This document shows, piece after piece, positions 29,712-40,000 of a stretch of 64,000 nucleotides of DNA (positions are counted from its first letter, which is position 1; each line of letters starts with the position of its first letter). Made by a program: the position numbers and the translations under genes. The notes under the pieces were generated by a model. The model did not search any database. It saw nothing but the letters and a program-made list of their open reading frames with translations, and was not told where the DNA came from. The stretch is from an uncultured Chitinophaga sp. (GTDB lineage Bacteria; Bacteroidota; Bacteroidia; Bacteroidales; GCA-2748055): NCBI GenBank assembly GCA_964349045.1, contig CAYGFI010000005.1:5564-69563 (forward strand), in the 5' to 3' direction.

Positions 29712-31091
29712 TTACAATGCAATTGCTTTAATACCCGTAAGCTCACAAAACGCCTTTAATTCCTCGTAAAGGTGTTTTCCATAGCCCAGGCAAGCATATT
29801 CATTGTTCCATGATTGCAACAATTCGTCAATATTACAATGTGCCTTTACAAAACCATGTGGCCAGAATGGAATCCCGCATTCATTTTTCCGTTTTTCAAT
29901 ATCTGCAGCAGGTGGTTCGAAAATGCTGCAACGTGTGATTACCATCTCAAACTGACCATTATTTCTTCCCAGTCGTGCAAGGACTCCCTCACCAACCTTA
30001 CAGACCAATTTTATTGACAAACCACCTGCTTCACCTTCAGTAGGAATACCATGTTCTGCAAACCCGGCAGGACCCAGTTTGCCTGCCAGAGATGGCGGAC
30101 ATGCACCATCACCAATAATTTTAATTTCATTATTGGATTTGTCAATATGTTGTAAATCGCCATAATAAACAGGCTGAGTGCTTAAATCTGTAAGGCATTT
30201 AACTGTCATGGCTGTATTAAAGTCGCCCAGGGTTGATGTCCCCAATCCGGATTCCAATATCATGCTTTGTGCAAAACATGTTGCACTATAATCATCACCT
30301 AAGCCAGGAAATGATTGGATTGTATAGAAATCCCATTCGTTTTTCTTTACCAGTTTTTCTATTGCCAGGTATATACGAATTGATTTGTCAGACGTGTCAT
30401 TATCAGGAATTGGTTCAACAAAATACTTTTGCATTTTACCTTTAGCCTGGCCTATTTCCTCTTTAGTAATGGCATTGGCAGTTTTTAATAACTCAGTTGT
30501 GTCCCTTGAGTCTATATCAATTCCAAATACTTTCATCCATTGCGAGGGATCAGCCACCCCGCATGTCTGACCCATACCTCTTCCTCCAAATGTACCTATT
30601 GTGGTCATATTCAATGAATTTTTCATTGCGCTGGCTCTGCAATAAGATACAATTTTCTCTATTTCGAGTGGATCAGTAAAACTTCCATAAACAAACCGGT
30701 GCTTAACACCGATTTCTTTCATAGCGCCCTGCAGAACCAATCCGCCCACGGGTCTCCAACCCTGGCTACCCGGATTTGTCCAGAGAACAATCCCTTTCCC
30801 AGACATGGCAAAATCCCTGATTGCTCCTATCATATTTGCCGCCCATACCCAGGTACCTGAAAATAATACTACAGCATCAATATCATCCTGTTTCTTAAAT
30901 TTATCAAAACAGATCCTGGCTTCCTGTTTGGTGGCTACCACGATATCATGCTGTTCAACTTCTATACCGGCACTGACAAGAGCCAGCTTTGAATTATTAA
31001 CAAGATTGTTGTCAATAAATGGTGTTCCCATTGGATCTTTTAAACCATCCTTATGTACACCGTAAACTATAAAACCTACTTTAGTCTTCAT
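29712..31091 (-). CDS. L-fucose/L-arabinose isomerase family protein
   Basis: 459 aa and cytoplasmic. The overall length and the N-terminal Rossmann-like KVGFIVYG...DAVVLF pattern resemble the sugar isomerase family. The assignment rests on recollection of that family pattern only. Confidence 0.45.
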   Translation of the reverse strand: MKTKVGFIVYGVHKDGLKDPMGTPFIDNNLVNNSKLALVSAGIEVEQHDIVVATKQEARICFDKFKKQDDIDAVVLFSGTWVWAANMIGAIRDFAMSGKGIVLWTNPGSQGWRPVGGLVLQGAMKEIGVKHRFVYGSFTDPLEIEKIVSYCRASAMKNSLNMTTIGTFGGRGMGQTCGVADPSQWMKVFGIDIDSRDTTELLKTANAITKEEIGQAKGKMQKYFVEPIPDNDTSDKSIRIYLAIEKLVKKNEWDFYTIQSFPGLGDDYSATCFAQSMILESGLGTSTLGDFNTAMTVKCLTDLSTQPVYYGDLQHIDKSNNEIKIIGDGACPPSLAGKLGPAGFAEHGIPTEGEAGGLSIKLVCKVGEGVLARLGRNNGQFEMVITRCSIFEPPAADIEKRKNECGIPFWPHGFVKAHCNIDELLQSWNNEYACLGYGKHLYEELKAFCELTGIKAIAL

Positions 31092-31104
31092 TATTTTATT
31101 ATTT

Positions 31105-32196
31105 TTAATATGGAGGTAATTTATCCTTTAGAGTTATTTCCAGTGATGGAATTATTTTTAATATATTTTTATAATAGATTTTTTTAAGTACCTCCCCCGG
31201 CAATCCAATTCCGCATATTGGCCAACGTGCCCTTTGAAAAGTCCCGTCATAATCGGGTGCATAAAAGGATTCATCAAAAGTTTCAAGAAACCTGAAATAG
31301 CAGCGGTACATGTCAATTGAACTATCAATATTTGCCGGCATGTCGGTTCCAAAAATTATCCTGTCCTGGTGTTTTATGAATAATTCCCTCGTGGAATAAG
31401 GCTGTCTTCCCAGTTCATCCATCCTTGCCGAAAAGTCGATATAAACATTAGGATTTTCATCAAGGAGGGTTGAAACATATTGAATATTTTCAGGATAATT
31501 TGCGACATGCGGTAAGATAAATGTCGTTTCAGGATGACGCTTAATAAGATTATTCCTTCTGGTGAGGAGTTCAATTTTCCGGGGAAATTTTTTGTCATGA
31601 AAATTCCATGAAGGATATTTTAACAAGGAATCATAATGTTCGTTTTCCAAAGTCATAGGTTCGAAGAATCCGGAAGGATCAGCCTGATGCATCAAAACAG
31701 GAATCTTTAACCTTCCTGCCTCATTCCAGATCGGGGCAAGCCTGATATCATCAATATTAATAAGTTCACCTTTAGAATCCCGGAATAATAGTCCAAGTTC
31801 TTTTAATATTTTTAAACCTTTTGCCCCTGAATTAACATGTTCATTAAGTACTTCAATACTATTTTTAACAAACAGTTCCGGGTTGTCAAAAAGTGGTTCT
31901 TTCACCGGACGACCAAAATCGGCCATGGTAAACCCGTAGAATCGTCCGGGATATTTATTATAGCAGTTGTTAAAGAAATCGGAGATATTTCCAGGTTTTA
32001 TAGTATAACCTCCGTCTGAGAACTCCAGTTTAACATTACAGGTAAGGTCACAATAGGAAATAACTCCGACTTCATCCATGGTGCGAATTACTTTTTCCAC
32101 CTGCCAATCCCCCCAGAGATGATTATGTGCATCTATTACAGGAAAAGCCGCTTTTTGAGGGATGTGATCTTCTTTTATAAGAAATGTCTTTCCCAT
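31105..32196 (-). CDS. Amidohydrolase-2 family metal-dependent hydrolase
   Basis: 363 aa with the HxH metal motif VIDAHNHLW and a distal FGTDMP Asp motif. No signal peptide. Confidence 0.6.
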   Translation of the reverse strand: MGKTFLIKEDHIPQKAAFPVIDAHNHLWGDWQVEKVIRTMDEVGVISYCDLTCNVKLEFSDGGYTIKPGNISDFFNNCYNKYPGRFYGFTMADFGRPVKEPLFDNPELFVKNSIEVLNEHVNSGAKGLKILKELGLLFRDSKGELINIDDIRLAPIWNEAGRLKIPVLMHQADPSGFFEPMTLENEHYDSLLKYPSWNFHDKKFPRKIELLTRRNNLIKRHPETTFILPHVANYPENIQYVSTLLDENPNVYIDFSARMDELGRQPYSTRELFIKHQDRIIFGTDMPANIDSSIDMYRCYFRFLETFDESFYAPDYDGTFQRARWPICGIGLPGEVLKKIYYKNILKIIPSLEITLKDKLPPY

Positions 32197-32382
32197 TATT
32201 ATATTTTAAAAGATTTGAAATGCTTAAAAGCCATAGCGATTCATAATAATGAACAATCCTTCCCCAAATATAATGGTTTCAAACATTACGCTATTTGATT
32301 TTATTATTTATCGCATATTTAAAAGTAGCATTTCCTTCTTTGAAAACTCAACCGGTCAAATTGAAATTAAGCAGAAGGTTTT

Positions 32383-32402
32383 TTGCGTTTACGTTAACGC
32401 AA
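32383..32402. promoter_or_regulatory. Candidate LacI-family operator in the divergent promoter region between the amidohydrolase operon and GH26
   Basis: TTGCGTTTACGTTAACGCAA is identical to the site at 27344-27363. It lies 187 bp from the minus-strand start (32196) and about 200 bp from the plus-strand start (32598). Confidence 0.55.
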
Positions 32403-32597
32403 ATATACAGGAATTTTTTAATCTGCGATATCTCGGCGATAATTATTTTTATATTTGAATGGTAATTCATTATTTTATAACATACGTAAATTAATTTTTA
32501 TATACAGGTATTCTATTATTTACAATCACATGCAAATATTAGTTGATTCGGATCTGGTATAATCCTTTGATTATAGAAACAAACAAATAATTCAGCC

Positions 32598-33707
32598 ATG
32601 CAAACTAAAATGCAAACGGGAATTACGATTCTCATTATGATTCTTGCCTGTTCCTGTTCGGGTAAAACGGAAATTCAACTTGTCGACTCCAACGCAACAG
32701 CCTCAACAAAAGAAATGTATCAAAGAATTGTTAGTTCGACAAAACAGGGCATTCTTGTTGGGCATCAGGATGCCACTGCCTATGGGGTCGGCTGGAAATT
32801 TGAAGAAGGGAAAACTACAAGTGATATTGAAATGGTATGTGGAGATTATCCTGCCCTATATGGCTGGGATATCGGGCATATTGAAAACGACAGTGAGCAT
32901 AATCTCGATACGGTGAATTTTAAACTGATGAGGCAATTAATAACAGATGCACACGAGCGGGGTGGTATTTCAACCATAAGCTGGCATGCTGACAATCCGG
33001 TTACAGGTGAAAGTGCGTGGAGCGAAAAAGAAACGGTAAAATTCATTCTGGGTGACGAAAAAAACAAGGCGAAGTTTATTGAATGGCTTGATAAAGTTTC
33101 CGTTTTTCTTAATTCACTTAAAGACAAAAAAGGTGAACCTATTCCCGTCATCTTCCGGCCCTGGCATGAATGGACCGGAGGCTGGTTCTGGTGGGGAACT
33201 CCTCATTCGACCCCTGAAGAATTTATTGAATTATGGAAACTTACAGTGGAGACTCTGCGCGATAAAAACGGTGTCCATAATGTACTATATGCCTTTACCT
33301 CAGGCTCTATAAAAAATAAGGAGGAATTTATGGCTAAATATCCGGGAAGTGATTATGTTGATATCATTGGATTTGACACCTACATGTATAAGGGCAATAT
33401 AGAAGGATACTCAAAAAACATGCAGGAAAACCTGCTTTTGTTTCGGGAAATGGCGCAATCTGAAAATAAACTTTTTGCCGTAACTGAAACGGGTTTTGAA
33501 GGAATTCCAAGTGAAAGCTGGTACTCGGAAGTTGTATTCCCTTTGATCAGGGAAAGCGGGATTTCCTGGATCTTATTCTGGCGAAACGCGAACACAAAAC
33601 ATCATTACGCGCCCTATCCCGGGCATATCAGCGCGGAGGATTTTAAGACTTTCTATGATTTTCCGGAAACTTTGTTTGAGAATGATTTTACGGAAATTTC
33701 AAAATAG
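32598..33707 (+). CDS. Glycoside hydrolase family 26 (beta-mannanase-like) lipoprotein
   Basis: 369 aa with lipobox LACSCSG. FRPWHEWTGGWFWWG is the GH26 acid/base region and FAVTETGFEG the nucleophile region. Confidence 0.8.
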   Translation: MQTKMQTGITILIMILACSCSGKTEIQLVDSNATASTKEMYQRIVSSTKQGILVGHQDATAYGVGWKFEEGKTTSDIEMVCGDYPALYGWDIGHIENDSEHNLDTVNFKLMRQLITDAHERGGISTISWHADNPVTGESAWSEKETVKFILGDEKNKAKFIEWLDKVSVFLNSLKDKKGEPIPVIFRPWHEWTGGWFWWGTPHSTPEEFIELWKLTVETLRDKNGVHNVLYAFTSGSIKNKEEFMAKYPGSDYVDIIGFDTYMYKGNIEGYSKNMQENLLLFREMAQSENKLFAVTETGFEGIPSESWYSEVVFPLIRESGISWILFWRNANTKHHYAPYPGHISAEDFKTFYDFPETLFENDFTEISK

Positions 33708-33845
33708 CAAGGTTTCGCGCAAAATCGTACACGACACAATGTAAAATATAATCCATACCTTCTAATAACTTTATGTTTCCTGCGTCTTTGCGTGAAAAAG
33801 AACCGAAATATACCGAGATACTATCCTGAAAAAACGAGATTGAAA

Positions 33846-35066
33846 ATGTCAACCAATATGAATCGTATAAAAAATAAGATACTCTTACTTAAACCACAGT
33901 TCCTTGAAATCCTGGAGCAAAATATTCTGAAATACTGGTTCACCAGGACACCTGACAATGAAAACGGGGGTTTTTATGGACATCTGAATTCTGAAAATGA
34001 AGTTGTAAAAGATGCCAATAAGGGAGTTATTCTGAACACACGAATACTCTGGTCTTTCTCGGCTGGATATAGTTTTCTCAGATCAAGTGAATATAAACTC
34101 ATGGCTGAAAGAGCATATTCATATATTTCAGAATTTTTCCTCGATAAAAAGTTTGGGGGTGCTTACTGGGAACTCGATTTTAAAGGAAGGCCTGTAAACA
34201 CAAGAAAGCAGGTTTATGCCCAGGCATTTGCCATTTATTCATTTGTGGAATATTACAAAATCGCGAAAGACCAGGATATTCTCAACAAGGCTATCGAAAT
34301 CTATTCACTTATTGAAAAACACAGCCTGGACAAGACCCTCAACGGGTATATTGATGCTTTTGGAGAGGACTGGTCAGAAATCGAGGACCTCAGGCTGAGT
34401 GAAAAGGACCTGAATGCCCCAAAGACCATGAATACTCATTTACATATTCTTGAAGCATATACAAATCTTTACAGGGTTTGGAAAGATGATAACCTTAGAT
34501 TGTCATTGCAGAATCTGATCACCCTTTTTATCGACAAATTTATCGATGAAAGAGGCCACCTGGTTTTATTTTTCGACAATGAATGGAACAAGATAGATGA
34601 TTATTGTTCGTATGGACATGATATTGAATTTTCATGGCTTCTTACAGAAGCTGCTCAGGTACTCGGCAATCCAGGTCTGATTTCAACCACCCGTAAAACG
34701 GCAGTGAGAATAACCGAACTTACCCAATTAGAGGGTATGAAAAAAGGTGGAGGGGTGATGTATGAGTATAATTATAAAAATAATGAATCGGATACGGATA
34801 AGCACTGGTGGGTTCAGGCAGAAGCGCTTGTAGGCTTTTTTAATGCTTACCAGATCAGTGGAAATGAAAAATATCTCGGTTCAGTTCTTCAACTCTGGGA
34901 ATTTATTGACACAACCCTTGTTGATCACGAGAATGGTGAGTGGTTCTGGAAAGTTGATGAGAACGGGAAAGTTTATCCGGGTATGGAAAAGGCGGGATTC
35001 TGGAAATGTCCTTACCATAATTCAAGAGCTATGTTAGAGTTGCTTGAAAGAACAGGATTTTCCTGA
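33846..35066 (+). CDS. N-acylglucosamine 2-epimerase (AGE) superfamily protein (cellobiose/mannobiose 2-epimerase or mannose isomerase-like)
   Basis: The ORF track starts at GTG 33792; I prefer ATG 33846 (MSTNMNRIK...). It has (alpha/alpha)6-barrel family features: ILKYWF...DNENGGFYG, HLHILEAY, GHDIEFSWLL, KCPYHNSRA. Confidence 0.7.
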   Translation: MSTNMNRIKNKILLLKPQFLEILEQNILKYWFTRTPDNENGGFYGHLNSENEVVKDANKGVILNTRILWSFSAGYSFLRSSEYKLMAERAYSYISEFFLDKKFGGAYWELDFKGRPVNTRKQVYAQAFAIYSFVEYYKIAKDQDILNKAIEIYSLIEKHSLDKTLNGYIDAFGEDWSEIEDLRLSEKDLNAPKTMNTHLHILEAYTNLYRVWKDDNLRLSLQNLITLFIDKFIDERGHLVLFFDNEWNKIDDYCSYGHDIEFSWLLTEAAQVLGNPGLISTTRKTAVRITELTQLEGMKKGGGVMYEYNYKNNESDTDKHWWVQAEALVGFFNAYQISGNEKYLGSVLQLWEFIDTTLVDHENGEWFWKVDENGKVYPGMEKAGFWKCPYHNSRAMLELLERTGFS

Positions 35067-35122
35067 AATCCGAAATTATCCTGATAGTGATAGAATAGGG
35101 AAGATAAAAATCCCGCGATACT

Positions 35123-37051
35123 CTATTCAAAGTATTTAATGTACCAGTTATCCGGGTTTAGCAGGTGAATATAGATCTGATCGTATTTGCCATCGTGATA
35201 TTTCGATGCAACTTTTTTTGCCAGGAATGAAGGATCTTTTCTTCTATTTGCAACACGCATGAGGTCGTAGAATCGCTCTCCTTCAAAGGCAAGTTCCCTG
35301 GCCCGTTCATTCATGATCTCCTCTTCGATGAAGGCCTGTTTGGCTGCAAAATTTCCTGTAAGGTCTTTATAACCAAGAATCTTATTCGTAAAAGGATCAT
35401 GGATATATTGGATATTATTTGCCTTTATCGCATCGTACTGTCTTCCAAGTCCCACTCTTCCCCTAACTCCCATTTGAGGCCTTGTGACGCTTGAACTGTA
35501 ATTGCTGCCATTATTTACTATATTCAATGCATTATTGGGACGGGCACTAATCAGACCGTTTTGTTCGAATGCCCAATAAGTATACAATTCGGCTAAATAT
35601 AAATGAATAGAAGCAGCACGATATACTATAAAGTTAGCATCCCATGCATATCGACCCTCCAGACCATCTTTACCAACGGAGTATTTGAAGACAATTGTAT
35701 CAACTCCATCCATAACTGCATTCGCATTTCTATTATCACCATCGGCTTTAAGAAAAAGCATTCTAATATAATCCTCAGGAGGCAGGACATCTCCGTTTTT
35801 AATGTAGAGATAGGAAGTACCAAACCCCCTGGCGAAATCACTGGGGATTCCGGCAAATATCATTTCGGATTCGGAAGGTTTTACAAAATCTTCGCTTATT
35901 ATTTGATTCCGCCAGATAGTCTCCCAATTCGTAATTGCCCATGCAGTTGGCTTTAGCATATACTTTTGCATTGTAAAGGGTTCAAAAAATGACTGCAATT
36001 CATTTTGTTGAAAGTTTGCCTTATTAAACCAAATTGTATAAATATGTTCGCGATTGTCGATACCTGTGAAAATATTCCTCCAGTTGTTATTGTAAAGGCC
36101 ACCACTAAAAGCATCATCAAGCTGGTACCTTAAGTTTTCAGTTGGATTATAAATAATCTGACTGAAATGGTTTTGAGCATTTACAAAGTCCCCTTGTTCC
36201 AGGTACATAATACCAAGCAGTGCGTGCATGGCATAGGGATTCCAGGTAGTTACCTCCCAGGTAACATCATTATTATTGAAAGCGTGGTTAACGCCGACAG
36301 CTTTGACCTCCTTTTCAAGTTGATTGGTAAAATAATCAATTACCAGATACTGATCAAAATACTTTTTTTCCAGAGATATTATTCTGTGCTCAGGAGTCCA
36401 TGATGAGTCTTTGGTATATGATGTCAGTATGCCATTATGATAGGCCAGATTATTATACCCATCAGGACCGAAAACAATATAAGTACTATCGATATAAGGT
36501 CCGGATGAATTGATATAACTCTCAACCTTTTCTATAGTATTTAATGATTCATGGATAAATGGCACTTTACCATAAATTCGCACAGCATTAAAATAAGCCC
36601 AGGCTCTCATACAAAGTGCCTCACCGTAAAGCTTGTCATAGTTTGAAGGTGCAATGCTTTTGTCAAGAACTTCAGGATGTTTGGTTTGGAGTACCCGTAT
36701 AAAATTATTACAGGCTGCAATTAGTTTAAAGAAATTGGTAGGTGAGGCATATTTGTTGGTTTTGGAAACATTAAAATTGTAGATTTCCACAAGGTCAGCA
36801 TCTGCATTTGGCGTTATAGTCAGAAGATCACCGCGAAGCTCTCCCAGGACAAGGATTTGTTCAACCAACTGTTGCTGAAGTCCATAAAGACCCATTTCCA
36901 CAGAACGATATTCATACCAGTCTTTAAATAGCTTATCTTCTGTGATATTTATTTCCTGCACGGGATTCAGGAAATCCTCACAAGAAGATAGCAGTATAAT
37001 TGCACTCAGAAGGGGAATCACTAATTGAAAATATTTTCTTTTACGGCTCAT
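35123..37051 (-). CDS. SusD/RagB family lipoprotein
   Basis: The ORF track extends to 37177 and overlaps the SusC stop. The internal ATG at 37051 gives MSRKRKYFQLVIPLLSAIILLSSCEDF, a lipoprotein signal, so that start is preferred. Confidence 0.8.
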   Translation of the reverse strand: MSRKRKYFQLVIPLLSAIILLSSCEDFLNPVQEINITEDKLFKDWYEYRSVEMGLYGLQQQLVEQILVLGELRGDLLTITPNADADLVEIYNFNVSKTNKYASPTNFFKLIAACNNFIRVLQTKHPEVLDKSIAPSNYDKLYGEALCMRAWAYFNAVRIYGKVPFIHESLNTIEKVESYINSSGPYIDSTYIVFGPDGYNNLAYHNGILTSYTKDSSWTPEHRIISLEKKYFDQYLVIDYFTNQLEKEVKAVGVNHAFNNNDVTWEVTTWNPYAMHALLGIMYLEQGDFVNAQNHFSQIIYNPTENLRYQLDDAFSGGLYNNNWRNIFTGIDNREHIYTIWFNKANFQQNELQSFFEPFTMQKYMLKPTAWAITNWETIWRNQIISEDFVKPSESEMIFAGIPSDFARGFGTSYLYIKNGDVLPPEDYIRMLFLKADGDNRNANAVMDGVDTIVFKYSVGKDGLEGRYAWDANFIVYRAASIHLYLAELYTYWAFEQNGLISARPNNALNIVNNGSNYSSSVTRPQMGVRGRVGLGRQYDAIKANNIQYIHDPFTNKILGYKDLTGNFAAKQAFIEEEIMNERARELAFEGERFYDLMRVANRRKDPSFLAKKVASKYHDGKYDQIYIHLLNPDNWYIKYFE

Positions 37052-37070
37052 ATCTTTTATTATGAAAATG

Positions 37071-40000
37071 TTATAAACCAATTTTAATACCCGCGATAAA
37101 TTGGCGGGGCTGAGGAGATTGTCCATAGTCAACCCCCTGGTGGATTTGGGAGAAGGAATAACCGAATTCAGGATCATACCCGAGGTATCTGGAACTGGTA
37201 AAGATATTATTCACTGAAACATAGAATTCCGCGTTCCTGAAAGCCAGAAATTGCTCTGGAATAGTATAGCTTAAAGTTATATTTTTCACCCTAAGATAAG
37301 AACCATCCTCAATCCAGCGGGTCGAAAAAGCAGAGTTCCCTACTGGGTCTCCCCACAATGCCCGAGGCACATCAGTTTTCTGACCTTCATACTGCCAGCG
37401 ATTTAAGACAGCAATACTTTGATTCTCAAGTCCGGTCATTTGCTCATTCAAATAACGGATGTAATTAAAAACCTCGTTACCGGAAATAAATTGAAGAATT
37501 GTACTAAACCTGAATCTCTTAAAAGTAAAGGCATTGGTAAGTCCTCCAAAAAAATCAGGCATGGACGAACCAATTGTTGTTTTGTCAAAACTGTTAATGA
37601 CGCCGTCAGGAGTACCGTTTGGGCCTGAACGGTCTTCATAAATTGCATCTCCTGCCTTGTAACGGATATATTTGTCATTAACAAGATTGGCTGCATTTGC
37701 TTCGGCATTTGTTGAATATACACCTTTAAATACAAATCCGTAAAAGCTGTTTGCAGGTGCTCCGATTTTATTAATGATATCAGCACCTTGTATCTTTGTA
37801 ACAAGACTTCCTCCTTTTATCTCGGTAACTTTATTGCTAAAGGTTGAGAGATTGGCCTGAATATCCCATTTAAAGGATTGCATATCTACCATCCGAATAA
37901 AAGTGCTAAATTCCCAGCCTTTGTTTTCCATTTCACCGGAATTTTCATTTCGAAGGTTATACCCCAGATAGGCTTCTACAGGACTAAAAATTAACATGTT
38001 TTCAGTTTTCGACTGGAAAACATCAAAGCTAAAGTTTACCCGGTTACCAAGCAGTGCAAAATCAACACCTGTGTTAATCTGTTTAACTGTTTCGTAGGTG
38101 AGTTTTTCATTAGGCAGCAAGGCAGGATAAAGGCCAACAGTTGTGCGGAATTTTACAGCCTGGTAATAATTCGTTGCGCTCGATTCACCGATATCATCAT
38201 TCCCGGTCTTTCCCATTGACACCCTCACTTTCAAATCTTCAAGCCAGGAAACATTTTTCAGAAATTTCTCACCTGAAATTCTCCAGGCAAGCCCGCCGGA
38301 ATAGAAAAATCCAAATGGGGAACTGCTGATCAAAAACGTGTTTGCTGCATTGTCACCAACTCTCGATGATCCGTCCAGGGAAACACTTCCTGTAAAAAGG
38401 TACCTGTCTTTGAAAGAATACAAAAAGTACTCGTAATATGACATCCAGTTCCATATCCTGTTATCTCCTCCAATTTCACGCAGGTTATCTTTTCCATCAC
38501 TTATTGTTGTATATTGATCATTTGGGTGCGCATTTTTAGTTAAACCCCAATCAAGCTGAAACTGGTTTGCCTGAATATTAACACCGGTACTTGATGAGAT
38601 CTTGTGGTCTTTCCCGAAAGACTTTCTGAAGCTGAGATAGGTATTATTATAAAATGTACGAAGGTCATTATTCGTGGATTTAGATACATTTATCGCTTCC
38701 ATATTGTAATAGTGTTCCATACCATGATTAGGCATGAAAATTTGTTCCTTTAATACATTATAAGAAAGGCTGAACTTACTAACAGCAATAAGGCTTTTAT
38801 TTATCCTGGATTCAAAATCAAGAGATGAAATAAAATTGTAATTGCCGTTTCTCGCCTTAAAATTATTTATTGTCGCCAGTGGGTTACTCACTCCTATATC
38901 GTCTACCTCTGCCAGTATTTTTAATAAATTGCCATCAATATCGTATTGGAAAGGATTAAGCAGCGGGGATTTGGCGAGACTACTATGAATGGGACTCGTT
39001 TCTTTAATTGTTGCAGCCTCCTTTAAAGATGAGAGGCTGTAATTAAGTGAAACACCTGCATTCATTTTTAACCAGGTAAAAATATTAAGCCTGCTTACAA
39101 AGCGGAGGTTATATCCCTTGTAATCGGTGTTTTTAATTATACCCTTACTATCAAGATATCCAAAGGAAAGCCCATAACGCGCAATTTCATCTCCTCCTTT
39201 AACCTTGATATTCACATTCGAAAAGTAGGAGTTGTCAAATATCTGTCGCTGCCAGTTTGTATTGTGTTGATAATCAATATAATTATCATCCTCAGGAGTT
39301 AGGAATAAACTGGGGTATTCTTTCTGTAAAGTCTCTTCAAATTTACCTGAAGAATACAGAACTTCACTCATAAGGGTTCTATGCTGTTCTCCGCTCATTT
39401 GCGGAATAAGATTCGCAGGCTTCAGGGAATATCCGCTCCGAAGATCGAAATCTATGGTGGTTTGAGTCACACTTGGGTCAAGTGTTTCAATAAGGATAAG
39501 ACCGTTTGATGCTTTCGAACCATAAGCAGCTGTAATACTCGGATCTTTGATTACCGTAGTTGTGGAAATATCAAGTGGGTTTATACCCAGCAAAGGGTTA
39601 TAGGCAAATCCGGAAAGATTAGAATTGAAAATCCCATGATTAATAAGAGGGATTCCGTCCACGATATATAATGGCTGGTTGGAAGAATTAATTGAATTAA
39701 TCCCGCGTATAGTTGTAATAGCGCCGCTGGAAGGCATTCCAGACCTATTCACAACATCCATACCCGATACTCTGCCCTGCATATACTGATCAACTGTAAT
39801 TGCATTGGAATGTCGTATATCCTGAGTGTTTAAACTCGTGAATGCGGTAATGATGTTCCTTCTGGGAATAAGCTGGGAAAGGATATTAACGGGGTCATCA
39901 CCAGATACAACGTCACCGGAAGTAAGGTATATTTTCAATTCTGTACGATTATTGAGGTAAATACGCTTCATTTTATAATGATCCACAGGTGAAATGATGA

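Noticed and set aside
32249-32458. 69-aa ORF in the divergent promoter region
   Set aside because: It spans the predicted LacI operator and AT-rich promoter DNA. No support as a gene.
37052-37177. N-terminal extensions of ORF-track models that overlap the upstream gene (also 41964-42008, 43622-43714, 48503-48565, 52848-52910, 62111-62131, 33792-33845)
   Set aside because: In each case an internal ATG immediately precedes a clear signal or lipoprotein peptide and removes the overlap. Several of the longer models begin at non-ATG codons.
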